Source: Thermoanaerobaculia bacterium
GTDB taxonomy: Bacteria; Acidobacteriota; Thermoanaerobaculia; Multivoradales; Multivoraceae
Direction: 5' to 3'
DNA: 64,000 nucleotides
NCBI GenBank assembly: GCA_963666565.1
Contig: OY762911.1
Coordinates: 2,432,001 to 2,496,000, forward strand
Shown here: piece after piece, positions 27,514-37,376 of the stretch
Layout of the letters: the number at the start of each line of letters is the position of its first letter
Position numbering within the stretch: position 1 is the first letter of the stretch
Notes under the pieces: generated by a model
Told to the model about the DNA's origin: nothing
The model's input: the letters and a program-made list of their open reading frames with translations, nothing else
Databases searched by the model: none
Translations under genes and position numbers: made by a program

Positions 27514-28848
27514 CTACAGCGTCCAGCCGTCCCGGTAGGTCGGCTGGATGTACTCCTTCGGCACCTCGACGCCGTTCGTCACCTTCAGCTTCTTCGGGTT
27601 CCAGACGATCTCCTGCTGGGTGCGGACCGCCAGGTTGCCGAGCAGCGCCGTCTCGGTCATCGGACCGGCGTGGTCGGCGAAGTTCGAGCCGTCGGGGTTC
27701 GTCGTGCCCGCCTTGATCGCGTCGAGCCACTGCTTGTAGTGGCCCTCGGTGCGCTCGTAGACCTGGGGCAGCGGGTTCTTCGCGATCTTCTCGTGCAGCT
27801 TCGACGGGTAGATCGTCGGCCTGCCGGAGTAGATGTCGGCGACGATCGCGCCCTTCGTGCCGACGAAGAGCTGGCCGCTGTTGCGCGGCGGCCACTTGCC
27901 TTCCCACACCTTGGGCATGGCCGGCGTCAGGTTGCCGTCGCGCCAGACGACCGTCATCTTCGGCCGGGTGCCGCGCGCCGGATACTCGAAGGTGATCCGC
28001 GTGGCCGCCGGGGCCGACTCCCTGAACAGCGGCGTCGATTCGGCGTACACGGACGACGGATCCCGCAGGTCGAAGATCCAGAACGCCGCGTCCATCGCGT
28101 GGCAGGCGATGTCGCCGATGGCGCCGGTCCCGAAGTCCCACCAGCCGCGCCAGGCGAACGGGTGGTAGTAGTCGGGGTGGTAGGGCCGCTCCGGCGCGGG
28201 GCCGAGCCAGAGGTCCCACTTGACGTGGTCCGGCACCTCGTGGACTTCCTCGGGCCGCTCGATCGCCTGGGGCCAGATCGGCCGGTTGGTCCAGTACTCG
28301 ATCCGGTTGACCTCGCCGATGACGCCGCCCTCGATCCACTCGCGGATCAGGCGGGCGCCTTCGGCGGCGTGGCCCTGGTTGCCCATCTGGGTCGCCGTCC
28401 CGGCCTTGCGGGCGGCCTTGCCGATCATCCGCGCCTCCCAGATCGTGCGCGTCAGCGGCTTCTGGGTGAAGACGTGGAGGCCGCGTTCGAGCGCCGCCGC
28501 GGTGATCACGGCGTGGGTGTGGTCGGCAGTCGAGACGAGGACCGCGTCCAGGTCGTCGTGGGCGTCCAGCAGTTCGCGGTAGTCGTGGTAGCGCTTCGCG
28601 TCCGGGTGGGCGGCGACGGTCTGCTCGGCGCGCTGCCAGTCGATGTCGCAGAGCGCCACGATGTTCTCGCTGGCGACGCCCTCGACGTCGCTGCGGCCCT
28701 TGCCGCCGGCGCCGATGGCCGCGATGTTCAGCTTGTCGCTGGGCGCTTCCTCGCCGCGACCGAGGACGTGGCGGGGAACGATCATCAGGCCGGCGCCGGC
28801 CGCTGCGGCGCCGAGCACGCTGCGGCGGCTCAGGTCTTGTTCGGGCAT
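27514..28848 (-). CDS. Tat-exported Gfo/Idh/MocA oxidoreductase
   Basis: SRRSVL Tat motif, GAGGKG, TADHTH, QKPLT, GDIACH. Confidence 0.92.
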   Translation of the reverse strand: MPEQDLSRRSVLGAAAAGAGLMIVPRHVLGRGEEAPSDKLNIAAIGAGGKGRSDVEGVASENIVALCDIDWQRAEQTVAAHPDAKRYHDYRELLDAHDDLDAVLVSTADHTHAVITAAALERGLHVFTQKPLTRTIWEARMIGKAARKAGTATQMGNQGHAAEGARLIREWIEGGVIGEVNRIEYWTNRPIWPQAIERPEEVHEVPDHVKWDLWLGPAPERPYHPDYYHPFAWRGWWDFGTGAIGDIACHAMDAAFWIFDLRDPSSVYAESTPLFRESAPAATRITFEYPARGTRPKMTVVWRDGNLTPAMPKVWEGKWPPRNSGQLFVGTKGAIVADIYSGRPTIYPSKLHEKIAKNPLPQVYERTEGHYKQWLDAIKAGTTNPDGSNFADHAGPMTETALLGNLAVRTQQEIVWNPKKLKVTNGVEVPKEYIQPTYRDGWTL

Positions 28849-28915
28849 TGGGGAAGTGCCTTTCTTCGTCGAGGTCGGTGTGCGGTAGGTTAGCGCACTC
28901 GGAGGAACACGGAGG

Positions 28916-31117
28916 ATGTCGAGAACCGCCAGCAGTCTGCCGGGTCCGCGCCGTCTGCCGGGTGCGCGGGTCTTCCGACCCGCCCTGGGTGCGCGGGTCT
29001 TCCGACCCGCTGCCGCCGAAGGCGGCCATGGAACGCGCCGGCCGCTGGGTGCGCGGGTCTTCCGACCCGCTGCCGCCGAAGGCGGCCATCGAACGTGCCG
29101 GCCGGAGGCCGGCTCCGCTCTCCTCCCCGGCGCCTCCGCCGTGCTGGCCGTACTCTTCGGTCTAGCCGCAGCCGCCGCCGTGGCCGAAACCGGCGAGCAG
29201 GGCCGCTCCGCCCACGGCGAGTGGCGGCACCACGGCGGCGACCACGCCTCCAGCCGATACTCGCCGCTCGCCCAGATCGACGGTTCGAACTTCGGCCGGC
29301 TCGAAATCGCCTGGCGCTGGCGCACGGCGGATCACGACGTGCCGCTGGACGTGCTGCCCGGCTACGACACCGGCTTCTACCGCTCCGTGCCGCTGATGAT
29401 CGGCGGCCGCCTGTTCGCGCCGACCAGCCTGGGCCAGGTCGCCCTGCTCGAGCCGGCGACCGGCGAGCAGAAATGGGTCTACAACCCGAAGACCTGGGAA
29501 CGCGGCGGCACCACGATGCGGCCGGTCGGCGCTCGCGGCATCGAGTACTGGTCGGACGGCGAGAAGGAGCGCCTGTTCGTCGCCACGATCGGCCGCCAGC
29601 TCGTCTCCATCGACGCCGCCACCGGCTTGGCCGACCGAGCCTTCGGCGAGGACGGCACGGTGGACCTGGCCCGGGATCTCGGCCCCGGCGACTACGCGAT
29701 TCGCCACATCACCCACGGAGCGCCGCCGATCGTCGTCGGCACGAGCGTGATCGTCGGCTCGAAGATCTTCGACTACTCGATCCGGAGCGACGCGCCGCCC
29801 GGCCACGTCCGCGCCTACGACGTCCACACGGGCGAGTTCAAGTGGCGCTTCAACACGATCCCGCGCGACGACGAGTACGGGGTCGAGACCTGGGAGAACG
29901 AGTCCTGGCGCACGGCCGGCAACGCGAACGTGTGGACGTCGATGAGCGCGGACCACGAACTGGGCTACGTCTACCTGCCGACCAGCACGCCCTCGAACGA
30001 CTACTACGGCGCCGACCGGCCCGGCGACAACCTGTTCGCCGAGAGCCTCGTCTGCGTCGACGCGGAGACGGGCGAGCGCGTCTGGCACTTCCAGACCGTC
30101 CGCCACGGCATCTGGGACTACGACATCGCCTCGGCCCCGAACCTGCTCGACATCGTCGTCGACGGCAAGCTGGTCAAGGCGGTCGCCCAGGTCTCGAAGA
30201 CCGGTTTCACCTACGTCTTCGACCGGGCCACCGGCGAGCCGGTGTGGCCGATCGAGGACCGGCCGGTGAACCACGAATCGACCGTGCCGGGCGAGAAGCT
30301 GGCGGAGACACAGCCGTTTCCGACGAAGCCGCCGGCGTTCGAGAAGCAGGGAGTCAGCGAGGACGACCTGATCGACTGGACGCCGGAACTGCGGGAGGAG
30401 GCGCTCGAGATCGCCGGGAAGCTGATCCTGGCGCCGATGTTCCCGCCCCTGATCGTCCAGGGCGAAGGGGGCAAGGAGGGCGTCGTGGTCGTGCCCGGCG
30501 CGGCCGGCGGTGCGAACCACCCCGGAGCCTCCGTGGACCCGGCGACCGGCGTGCTCTTCGTCGAGTCGCAGAACCGGCCGGTCGGCATGTCCCTGATCGA
30601 GCCGGACGCGGCCCGCCGGCCGGACTGGCGCTACGTGATCGACTACGTCGACACCGGGGGCCCTCGCGGCCTGCCGCTGTTCAAGCCGCCGTACCGGACG
30701 ATCACCGCGATCGACCTGAACCGCGGCGAGCACCTCTGGCGGATCCCGGTCGGCCCCGGCCCCAGGGACCACCCGGCGATCGCGCATCTGAACCTCGGCG
30801 ACATGGGCACCCGCTACATCGGCATGCCGGCCGACGGCGGCCTGCTCGTCACCCGCACGCTCCTGATCGGCTTCCTGGCCCTGCCCGACGAGGAGAACCC
30901 CCGCACCAGCCGCGGCGGCCTCCTGCGCGCCTACGACAAGGCGACCGGCGAGGTGCTTGCGGAACTCGAGACCGACGTCTGGCTCCACGGCCCGCCGATG
31001 ACCTACATGCACGAAGGCCGACAGTACATCGTCATCGCCGGCGGCGGCGCCCGCAACCGCCGGATACCGGACGAGTTGATCGCCTTCGCCCTACCGGATT
31101 CCGAGATGGGAGGATAG
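28916..31117 (+). CDS. PQQ-dependent glucose/quinate-type dehydrogenase with REP-derived N-terminal insert
   Basis: RYSPLAQI, WHFQTVRHGIWDYD, PMTY..GRQY motifs; RBS GGAGGA before 28916. Confidence 0.88.
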   Translation: MSRTASSLPGPRRLPGARVFRPALGARVFRPAAAEGGHGTRRPLGARVFRPAAAEGGHRTCRPEAGSALLPGASAVLAVLFGLAAAAAVAETGEQGRSAHGEWRHHGGDHASSRYSPLAQIDGSNFGRLEIAWRWRTADHDVPLDVLPGYDTGFYRSVPLMIGGRLFAPTSLGQVALLEPATGEQKWVYNPKTWERGGTTMRPVGARGIEYWSDGEKERLFVATIGRQLVSIDAATGLADRAFGEDGTVDLARDLGPGDYAIRHITHGAPPIVVGTSVIVGSKIFDYSIRSDAPPGHVRAYDVHTGEFKWRFNTIPRDDEYGVETWENESWRTAGNANVWTSMSADHELGYVYLPTSTPSNDYYGADRPGDNLFAESLVCVDAETGERVWHFQTVRHGIWDYDIASAPNLLDIVVDGKLVKAVAQVSKTGFTYVFDRATGEPVWPIEDRPVNHESTVPGEKLAETQPFPTKPPAFEKQGVSEDDLIDWTPELREEALEIAGKLILAPMFPPLIVQGEGGKEGVVVVPGAAGGANHPGASVDPATGVLFVESQNRPVGMSLIEPDAARRPDWRYVIDYVDTGGPRGLPLFKPPYRTITAIDLNRGEHLWRIPVGPGPRDHPAIAHLNLGDMGTRYIGMPADGGLLVTRTLLIGFLALPDEENPRTSRGGLLRAYDKATGEVLAELETDVWLHGPPMTYMHEGRQYIVIAGGGARNRRIPDELIAFALPDSEMGG
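28960..29104. repeat. Three REP copies, including a 60-bp tandem duplication
   Basis: Copies at 28960, 28987 and 29047. Confidence 0.85.
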
Positions 31118-31121
31118 GACC

Positions 31122-31991
31122 ATGCTTCGACGATTCTGGGATCACTGGGTGCGCGGGTCTTCTGACCCGCATCTGTCGGTGTGCGGGTCTGTCATGCGGA
31201 CGCCCGCTGACGGGCATCCGCATGGTTCGCGGCTGGCGCTCGGAGCGCGCCAGCCGGGTGCCGACCCGCACCCGGCGCAAAGCGCCGGCCTCCGGACACT
31301 GTTCGCAGTCGCCGCGCTCACGCTGCTCGCCGCTCCGCCCGCATCCGCCGCCGACTGCACCCCCCTCGAGTCCGAAGGCGGCGTCACCGTCGAGTCCTGC
31401 CCCGTCGACAACGCCGACTACCCGACCGTGCGCGCCCGAACCGTCGTCAGGGGCGCAATGCCCGCCGTGATCGCGCTGCTCGACGACGCCGGCGCCTGTC
31501 CCGAGTGGCAAGCCATGTGCGAAGAAGAGACGGCGACGCCGCTGGACGCCCCGTTCCGGACTCTCCGGCAGCGCGTGTCGGGCAAGGGCATCAGCCGCCG
31601 CATCTCGATGAACACCTCGGCCTGGTGGCGGACCGCCGACGGCCGGGTCATCGGCGACATGGCCGGCACCGACGACCGGACGCCGGCCTTCAAGGGCAAG
31701 CGGGTCCTCTGCATGCACGCCCGCTGGTTCCTCTCTCCGGGCGAGCAGGAAGGCACGGTCGAGGTCGTCCAGGAGAGCGTCAGCGACCCGCAGCCGCCGT
31801 TCGGCATGGGGCAGAGGGTAGTGACGCCGCGCACCGCGAAGACGATGCTGGAGACCTTCACGAACCTCGGCGCCCGGATCGCCGGCGGCCGGCACGGCGC
31901 CGGCCCCGCCGTCGAGTCGCTGCCGCCGCTGGAAGGCGACCTCCCCGGCATCGGCGAAGAGTTCGCTCGCTGCCAGGCCGCCCGCAAGTAA
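31122..31991 (+). CDS. Secreted START/SRPBCC-like lipid-binding protein
   Basis: Signal-like segment, ACPEWQAMC, DPQPP; RBS GGAGG before 31122. Confidence 0.6.
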   Translation: MLRRFWDHWVRGSSDPHLSVCGSVMRTPADGHPHGSRLALGARQPGADPHPAQSAGLRTLFAVAALTLLAAPPASAADCTPLESEGGVTVESCPVDNADYPTVRARTVVRGAMPAVIALLDDAGACPEWQAMCEEETATPLDAPFRTLRQRVSGKGISRRISMNTSAWWRTADGRVIGDMAGTDDRTPAFKGKRVLCMHARWFLSPGEQEGTVEVVQESVSDPQPPFGMGQRVVTPRTAKTMLETFTNLGARIAGGRHGAGPAVESLPPLEGDLPGIGEEFARCQAARK

Positions 31992-32086
31992 CGCCCCCTG
32001 GGTAATGGGATGGTCCGCCCCGCCCTCTACGGCCTCTTGTAGGGCCAGAATGGGTTTTTCCCAACCAACAAGGGAGGAGACGGACC

Positions 32087-33145
32087 ATGAAGAAGGTTAC
32101 TCGAGTCGGTATCGATCTGGGCAAGCGCCTGTTCCAGGTGTGCGCGATGGACTCGTCGGGCGCGGTGGTGTTTCAGCGTCAGGTGAAGGCGTCGGGGCTG
32201 ATGGAGTTGATGGTGCAGCTCGAGCCGTGCCTGGTGGGCATGGAGGCGAGCTGCGGCGCGCACTACTGGGTGGAGAAGCTGAGCGCTCTGGGTCACGACG
32301 CGCGGATGATGAGTCCTCAGTTCGTGCGGCCTTACGTGAAGTCGAACAAGAGCGACTACCACGACGCGGAGGCGATCTGCGAGGCGGTGTCCCGTCCGAC
32401 GATGCGTTTCGTGCCGTACAAGACGAAGGAGCAGCGTGCTCTTCAGCAGGTTCATCGGAGCCGGGAGGCGGCGCTTCGCCGTCGCACGCAGTTGGTGAAC
32501 CAGTTGCGGGGATTCCTGGGCGAGTACGGGATCGTGCTGCGTCAGGGCCGGGCGGTGGTCATGCGGGCGGTGCCCGACATCGCGAGCGACGCGGAGCGCG
32601 AGCTGCCGGGTCAGTTTCGCGCGCTGCTGTGGATGCAGTACGAGGCTCTGATGCAGGTCCACAAGGAGGTCGAGGACCTGACCGCGATGCTGGTGCGGGA
32701 GTCGAAGGAGAACCCTCACTGCCAGCGTCTGATGTCGATTCCGGGCATCGGTCCGATCGTGGCGACGGCGATCGTGGCGGCGGTGGGCAACGGCTGGGCT
32801 TTCAGCAGCGGTCGTCAGATGTCGGCCTGGATGGGCTTGGTGCCGCGTCAGGACTCGACCGGGGGTCGCACGGTGCTGCGCGGGATCAGCAAGCGCGGCG
32901 ACCGTTACCTGCGCTCGCTCCTGATCCACGGTGCGCGGGCGGTCCTGCGCACGGCGGCGAAGGGCGAGCGAACGCGGCTGAAGGGCTGGGCGCTCGACGT
33001 CAAGCGGCGCCGGGGGCCGAACGTCGCCACGGTGGCACTGGCCAACAAGCTGGGCCGCATCGCCTGGGCGGTGCTTCGCCGCGGCGAGCTGTACCGCGAC
33101 GACCGCCTCGCCGGGTCTCGGCAGAAGGTCTCTCGGGCCGCGTAG
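32087..33145 (+). CDS. IS110/IS1111 recombinase
   Basis: GIDLGK, MEASC, KSDYHDAEAI (DEDD), IPGIG, GLVP.QDSTGG, ISKRG motifs. Confidence 0.97.
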   Translation: MKKVTRVGIDLGKRLFQVCAMDSSGAVVFQRQVKASGLMELMVQLEPCLVGMEASCGAHYWVEKLSALGHDARMMSPQFVRPYVKSNKSDYHDAEAICEAVSRPTMRFVPYKTKEQRALQQVHRSREAALRRRTQLVNQLRGFLGEYGIVLRQGRAVVMRAVPDIASDAERELPGQFRALLWMQYEALMQVHKEVEDLTAMLVRESKENPHCQRLMSIPGIGPIVATAIVAAVGNGWAFSSGRQMSAWMGLVPRQDSTGGRTVLRGISKRGDRYLRSLLIHGARAVLRTAAKGERTRLKGWALDVKRRRGPNVATVALANKLGRIAWAVLRRGELYRDDRLAGSRQKVSRAA

Positions 33146-33425
33146 CAGGCGGCTCGATCCACATCGAATCAACCAAGGAGGATTGCCCCACCAAGTCGTT
33201 GCGAGGACACAACGGAGCGATGGCGAAACAGGTCGGACCGGCGCGTCGAGAGCCTGAACCCGCGCAGGGCCATTCAACAGGCCGTCTGGGTGTACAGAAG
33301 AGACGACGCGCGCGTATTCCATCGGGGCCAGGGAGCTCGAAACCACGAGACGCCCAACAACAGGCCGAATACATGCAAGCAACGACACCTCTCTCGCCGG
33401 AACTCCGGAAAGTGCCCTTGCACAA
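33146..33425 (+). ncRNA. Putative bridge/seek RNA region of the IS1111 element
   Basis: Target guides ACCCGCGCA (33258-33266) and CTGGGTG (33286-33292) around a GGCC hairpin; donor-like ATTCCATC...AATACATG; exact RNA ends unknown. Confidence 0.75.
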
Positions 33426-33443
33426 GCGGGGCGGACCATACAT

Positions 33444-33577
33444 GCGCGGGTCTTCTGACCCGCATTCCGCCGAAAGCGGCCGACAGCATCGTCGCCGGCC
33501 TGCGGCCGGCGGCCCTGTTGTCCGGGCTCGCCGCTTCGCGGCGTCGCCCGCGAGCGGGTCGGAAGACCCGCGCACCC
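33444..33577. repeat. REPIN-like inverted REP pair
   Basis: Forward REP (split by the IS) and inverted copy at 33554-33577. Confidence 0.75.
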
Positions 33578-33591
33578 AGCGGAGGAGAGGT

Positions 33592-34932
33592 TCAGGGGCC
33601 GGGTTTCGCCGAGCCGCCGAACACGCCGTCGAGAACCGCCCGCACCCGCGGCAGCATCGGATACGTGTCCGGGTCGGACTCCGCCGCCGCGTAGCCGACC
33701 CACACGGCCACCACGTCCCGGACCGGGTTGACCAGCAGCCCCTGGCCGGCCCATCCGCCCTTGTACACGTCGTCGTTCGTGAAGACCAGGTCCCACTGGT
33801 AGACGTTGTGCCGGACGCCGGGCGGCCTGCCGCCGAAGCGGGCGTTCTCCAGCAGTTCCGGCCTGCCGCCGTGGAGGAGCAGGTCCACGTGCTCCTCGGG
33901 CACGATCCGCTCCGCCGACACCTTGCCGTAGCTCGGTGTGAACAGGAGACCGAACCGCGCCATGTCCCGCGGCCGCGCCAGCAGGCCGCCGGAGGTCAGC
34001 GGGATGCCGTAGCGGTTGGCGTAGATCGAGGCGTCCGCCTCGGCGCCGATGCGGGTCCACACATCACGGCTCAGCGCGTCCTGGAACGGCATGCCCGCGA
34101 CCTCCTCGACCAGCCAGCCGATCACGAAGGTGTTCGTGCCCGAGTAGTCGAAGCTCCGGCCCTGTTCGGCCCAGCGGCCGACGTCCAGGTTGGCGAGCAT
34201 CGTGTACGGATCGTCCGGCGTCTTCTCGCTGCGCACGCCGTCGCCGAGCGAGGCCTCGAACTGGTAGTAGCAGGTGCTCCGGTCGCTGTAGTCGCCGTCC
34301 GGGCAGTCGACGCCGGACGCCATGTCGAGCACGTTGCGAACGGTGACGCCCTTGAAGTCGGAGCCGGCGAGCGCGGGAACGTAGCGTTCCACCGGCTGGC
34401 TCGTGTCGACCAGCCCGCGCTGCTCGAGGATCGCCACCAGGGTCGCCGGGAGCACCTTGGTCACCGACCACCAGATCGGCTTCTCGTGCGGCTGCATCCG
34501 CGGATAGCGCTCGAACACGACGTCGCCCCGGTGGAGTACGACGATGCCCATCGTGGTCGAGTGTTCTCCGTGCAGCCAGGCGTCGAAGGTCGTCTCGCCG
34601 GCCGGCGTCTGCACCGGGAAGTCGGCGATGGCGGCCAGCGGGCGCGCCGCCAGCTCGCTGACCGGCCCGTCGCGGTAGACGTTGACGGTCGGCACGATCT
34701 GGTGGAGGTTGCGGTTGCGCCAGGCCATCGCCTCGCCGGTCTCGGTCCACCAGACCTCCTCGGCGGGGTCGGGCAGGGCGCGGTGCTGGCGCAGGTTCTC
34801 CGCGACGGTCGATGCCGGCTCGAAGACGTCCGTCGGCGGGCTGGCCACCTGGCCCTCCGTCGTCGAAGCGGTTTCATGCGTGCAGGCGGCGGCTACGGCG
34901 AGCGCGAGCGGCACGAAGAGCGCAGGCTTCAT
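33592..34932 (-). CDS. Serine hydrolase lipoprotein (class C beta-lactamase / NylB-like)
   Basis: Lipobox-like AAAC, SVTK, FDYSG, DMARFG motifs. Confidence 0.88.
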   Translation of the reverse strand: MKPALFVPLALAVAAACTHETASTTEGQVASPPTDVFEPASTVAENLRQHRALPDPAEEVWWTETGEAMAWRNRNLHQIVPTVNVYRDGPVSELAARPLAAIADFPVQTPAGETTFDAWLHGEHSTTMGIVVLHRGDVVFERYPRMQPHEKPIWWSVTKVLPATLVAILEQRGLVDTSQPVERYVPALAGSDFKGVTVRNVLDMASGVDCPDGDYSDRSTCYYQFEASLGDGVRSEKTPDDPYTMLANLDVGRWAEQGRSFDYSGTNTFVIGWLVEEVAGMPFQDALSRDVWTRIGAEADASIYANRYGIPLTSGGLLARPRDMARFGLLFTPSYGKVSAERIVPEEHVDLLLHGGRPELLENARFGGRPPGVRHNVYQWDLVFTNDDVYKGGWAGQGLLVNPVRDVVAVWVGYAAAESDPDTYPMLPRVRAVLDGVFGGSAKPGP

Positions 34933-35056
34933 GACGGCAGTCTTGCATGGAACCTGCCGCCAAAGCGTTGCCGGCCTGACGGCCGGCGCGTTGCCTGGCC
35001 GCCTTCGGCGGCAGCGGGTCGGAAGACCCGCGCACCCGGCTCTTCGTGACGGACCC

Positions 35057-35983
35057 TCAGAAGTCGTAGCGCAGACCGGCGGAGAGCGCCATGAAGCCGG
35101 TGTCGTCGGTGCCGGTTCGGTACTCGACGGGCTCGCTGCCGTCGGCGCGCAGGTTGGAGACGTGGCTGCGCAGGCGAACGTAGCCGTCGCCGTCTTCGAG
35201 CCGGGAGAAACGGACGAAGCGCGCCGAGACGTCGAGGGTCAGGCGGTCGCTCAGCCCGATCCCCACGCCGGCCAGGATCTGGTAGCCGGAGAGCCGGTCG
35301 CGCAGGGTCGCCTGGGCGAGCGTTACCGTGCCGGCCAGGTTGCGGCGGACTTCCTCTTCGTTGGGCAGGCCGGCCGCGGTCGCGATCGTCGCCGGGTCGA
35401 TCGCCCGCGCCCAGTACGAGGTGTAGTCCAGGCGCATCCAAGCGACGCCGGCGCCGGCGCCGACATACGGTGTCGCGCGGCTCTCGTTGGGGAAGTCGAC
35501 CAGGAGGTTGAGGAAGCCGTGGTGGGCTGCGGCGGTCCCGACCCGTTCCTCGGCGCGCGGAATCTCCGGGCCGAAGATGTCGACGTAGGCCGTGCCGTTG
35601 GGCGCGACGATGTTCGATCGCTCGTCGTAGGCCGCCTGCCTGTGGGCGTACTCGAGTTCGAGCCGCAGCCGCGGCGAGAAGCGGTAGCCCACCGCAGCGC
35701 CCGCGAAGAGGCCCGAGGCGCTGCCGAAGTCGCTGGTCCACCGGTCGACCGCGTCGATGCTCCGGTTCGGATCGGTGCAGCCGGGGAGCAGCGCGTACTG
35801 CGGGTTGACGAAGCCGTCGCAGCGGCTGGGGCGGTCGTTGTCGGCGGTCGCGAGTTGCAGGCCCGGCGCCGCGTTCACTCCCAGGTCGGTCCGGACGTAG
35901 AAGCCAGTCTCGGCGACGGCGGGGGCGGCGGCCGGGGCGGCCGCCAGGACGAGAACGACGGTCGCGGTGCGCTGGATGCTCAT
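35057..35983 (-). CDS. Outer-membrane beta-barrel protein (opacity/porin-like)
   Basis: Signal peptide, LRLELEY, TPYVGAGAG, C-terminal GLRYDF. Confidence 0.8.
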   Translation of the reverse strand: MSIQRTATVVLVLAAAPAAAPAVAETGFYVRTDLGVNAAPGLQLATADNDRPSRCDGFVNPQYALLPGCTDPNRSIDAVDRWTSDFGSASGLFAGAAVGYRFSPRLRLELEYAHRQAAYDERSNIVAPNGTAYVDIFGPEIPRAEERVGTAAAHHGFLNLLVDFPNESRATPYVGAGAGVAWMRLDYTSYWARAIDPATIATAAGLPNEEEVRRNLAGTVTLAQATLRDRLSGYQILAGVGIGLSDRLTLDVSARFVRFSRLEDGDGYVRLRSHVSNLRADGSEPVEYRTGTDDTGFMALSAGLRYDF

Positions 35984-36084
35984 GGGCCGCATTCTGCCTT
36001 GCCGCGCTCGGATCGGTCCAGCGGGATCCGAGCCTTGCGGCGCCCCGGCTTTCGCGGTCCAGGGCGTTGTCCGCGCGCGCCGCG

Positions 36085-37359
36085 TCAGTCGAGGGTGCCC
36101 AGGTAGTGCCAGATCGCCTCGAACTGGCGGGCGGCCTCGCCGTCGAAGACGTCGTAGAGCGCCGTGTAGCCGTCCTCGTCGACGAACTGGGGCATCTTCG
36201 TTCCCGGCAGGATGCGCTGCGGGTCGAGCAGGAAGCGGTCGAAGAACGGGCGGCGCAGGCGGCGGCGCACGAGCGCGAAGTCGATGGCCTCCTCCGAGCC
36301 TTCGCCGCCCAGTGCCGGCTCGTCGCCGAGGGCGTGGCAGGAGTGGCAGCCCAGGCGGTCGCCGCTCACCAGGTCGCGGCCGATGGCGGCGAGATCCTCG
36401 TCGACCGGCTCGACGGTCGCGGGCGACGCCGGCAGGCCGTGCTGATGGTGCAGGCCCGCGGCGAGCGCGTCGGCGCGGGCAGCGGCGGTCTGCGCGCCGG
36501 CACGGGCGTCGCCGTCGGGCGTCCGCGCGGACAGGTGCGGCCGCGTCCGATCGCCGGCGTGGCCGGCGAGGAAGTCGGCGAGCCAGTCGCTGCGCAGCTT
36601 CTCGCCGGCCCACGTCAGGTCGGGCGCCGGCAGGCCGGGGCCGGCCTCGTCCGCCTGGCCGGCCGCCGCCGGCAGGGACGCGGCCTCGCCGTCGCGGGCA
36701 TGGCAGGCGAGGCAGCCGCCGTCGCGGATCGCGCGCTCCGCGAACTCGGCCGGCACGAGCCGGCCCGGCGAGGCGGCGCCGACGGCGGCATCGCGTGCCT
36801 CGCGGCGGGCCGCGCCGCGGTCGAACCCGGCCGACGCCGCCCGCCGGAGCGACTCGGGCGGCAGCGGTTCCTCCGGCAGGTAGTCGTTGCTCCAGGTCAG
36901 GCGCAGGGAAGCGTCGCCGCTTGCCGGGCTGCGGTAGACGAGTTCGATGGGGTTGAGGCCCTTGTGCAGCCGCACCTCGCCGTCGGTCGACGCGGGAGCG
37001 CCGCCGGGGGGCAAACTCTCCCGGTCGAGGACAACCTCGCCGCCGACGCTCAGCCGGACCGCGCCCGAGCCGCGCACCGTGAAGCGGTACCGGTCGTTCA
37101 GCTCCAGCTCGACGGCGCCGCGGAAGGTCGCCTCGAACGGCCCGGGGTCCAGGAAGAGGCTGGGGGGTTGGCCGTCCGGGACGTACAGCGCGGCCAGCCT
37201 CGCGGCGCGCACGTCCTCTTCGCCGGTCGCGGCCGAACGGAAGACGAGTTCCAGGCCGGGCTGGTCGAAGCGGCCGGCACGATCGTCGGCCACCTGCCGG
37301 TTGGCGGCGCTGGAGGCGGAGGCCGCCAGCAGCAGGAGCGCCGCCACGGATTTGCGCAA
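36085..37359 (-). CDS. PA14-like domain plus di-haem c-type cytochrome
   Basis: CLACH and CHSCH haem motifs, PGTKMP; start uncertain. Confidence 0.75.
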   Translation of the reverse strand: MRKSVAALLLLAASASSAANRQVADDRAGRFDQPGLELVFRSAATGEEDVRAARLAALYVPDGQPPSLFLDPGPFEATFRGAVELELNDRYRFTVRGSGAVRLSVGGEVVLDRESLPPGGAPASTDGEVRLHKGLNPIELVYRSPASGDASLRLTWSNDYLPEEPLPPESLRRAASAGFDRGAARREARDAAVGAASPGRLVPAEFAERAIRDGGCLACHARDGEAASLPAAAGQADEAGPGLPAPDLTWAGEKLRSDWLADFLAGHAGDRTRPHLSARTPDGDARAGAQTAAARADALAAGLHHQHGLPASPATVEPVDEDLAAIGRDLVSGDRLGCHSCHALGDEPALGGEGSEEAIDFALVRRRLRRPFFDRFLLDPQRILPGTKMPQFVDEDGYTALYDVFDGEAARQFEAIWHYLGTLD

Positions 37360-37376
37360 CTGCTTCGCCCGCGGCT

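Larger units (their letters stand above)
32004..33443 (+). mobile_element. IS110-family element, IS1111 subgroup, inserted into a REP
   Basis: Subterminal IRs ATGGTCCGCCCCGC (32010-32023 and 33426-33439); ~300-bp 3' non-coding end; flanks rejoin to CTGGGTGCGCGGGTC. Confidence 0.93.
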
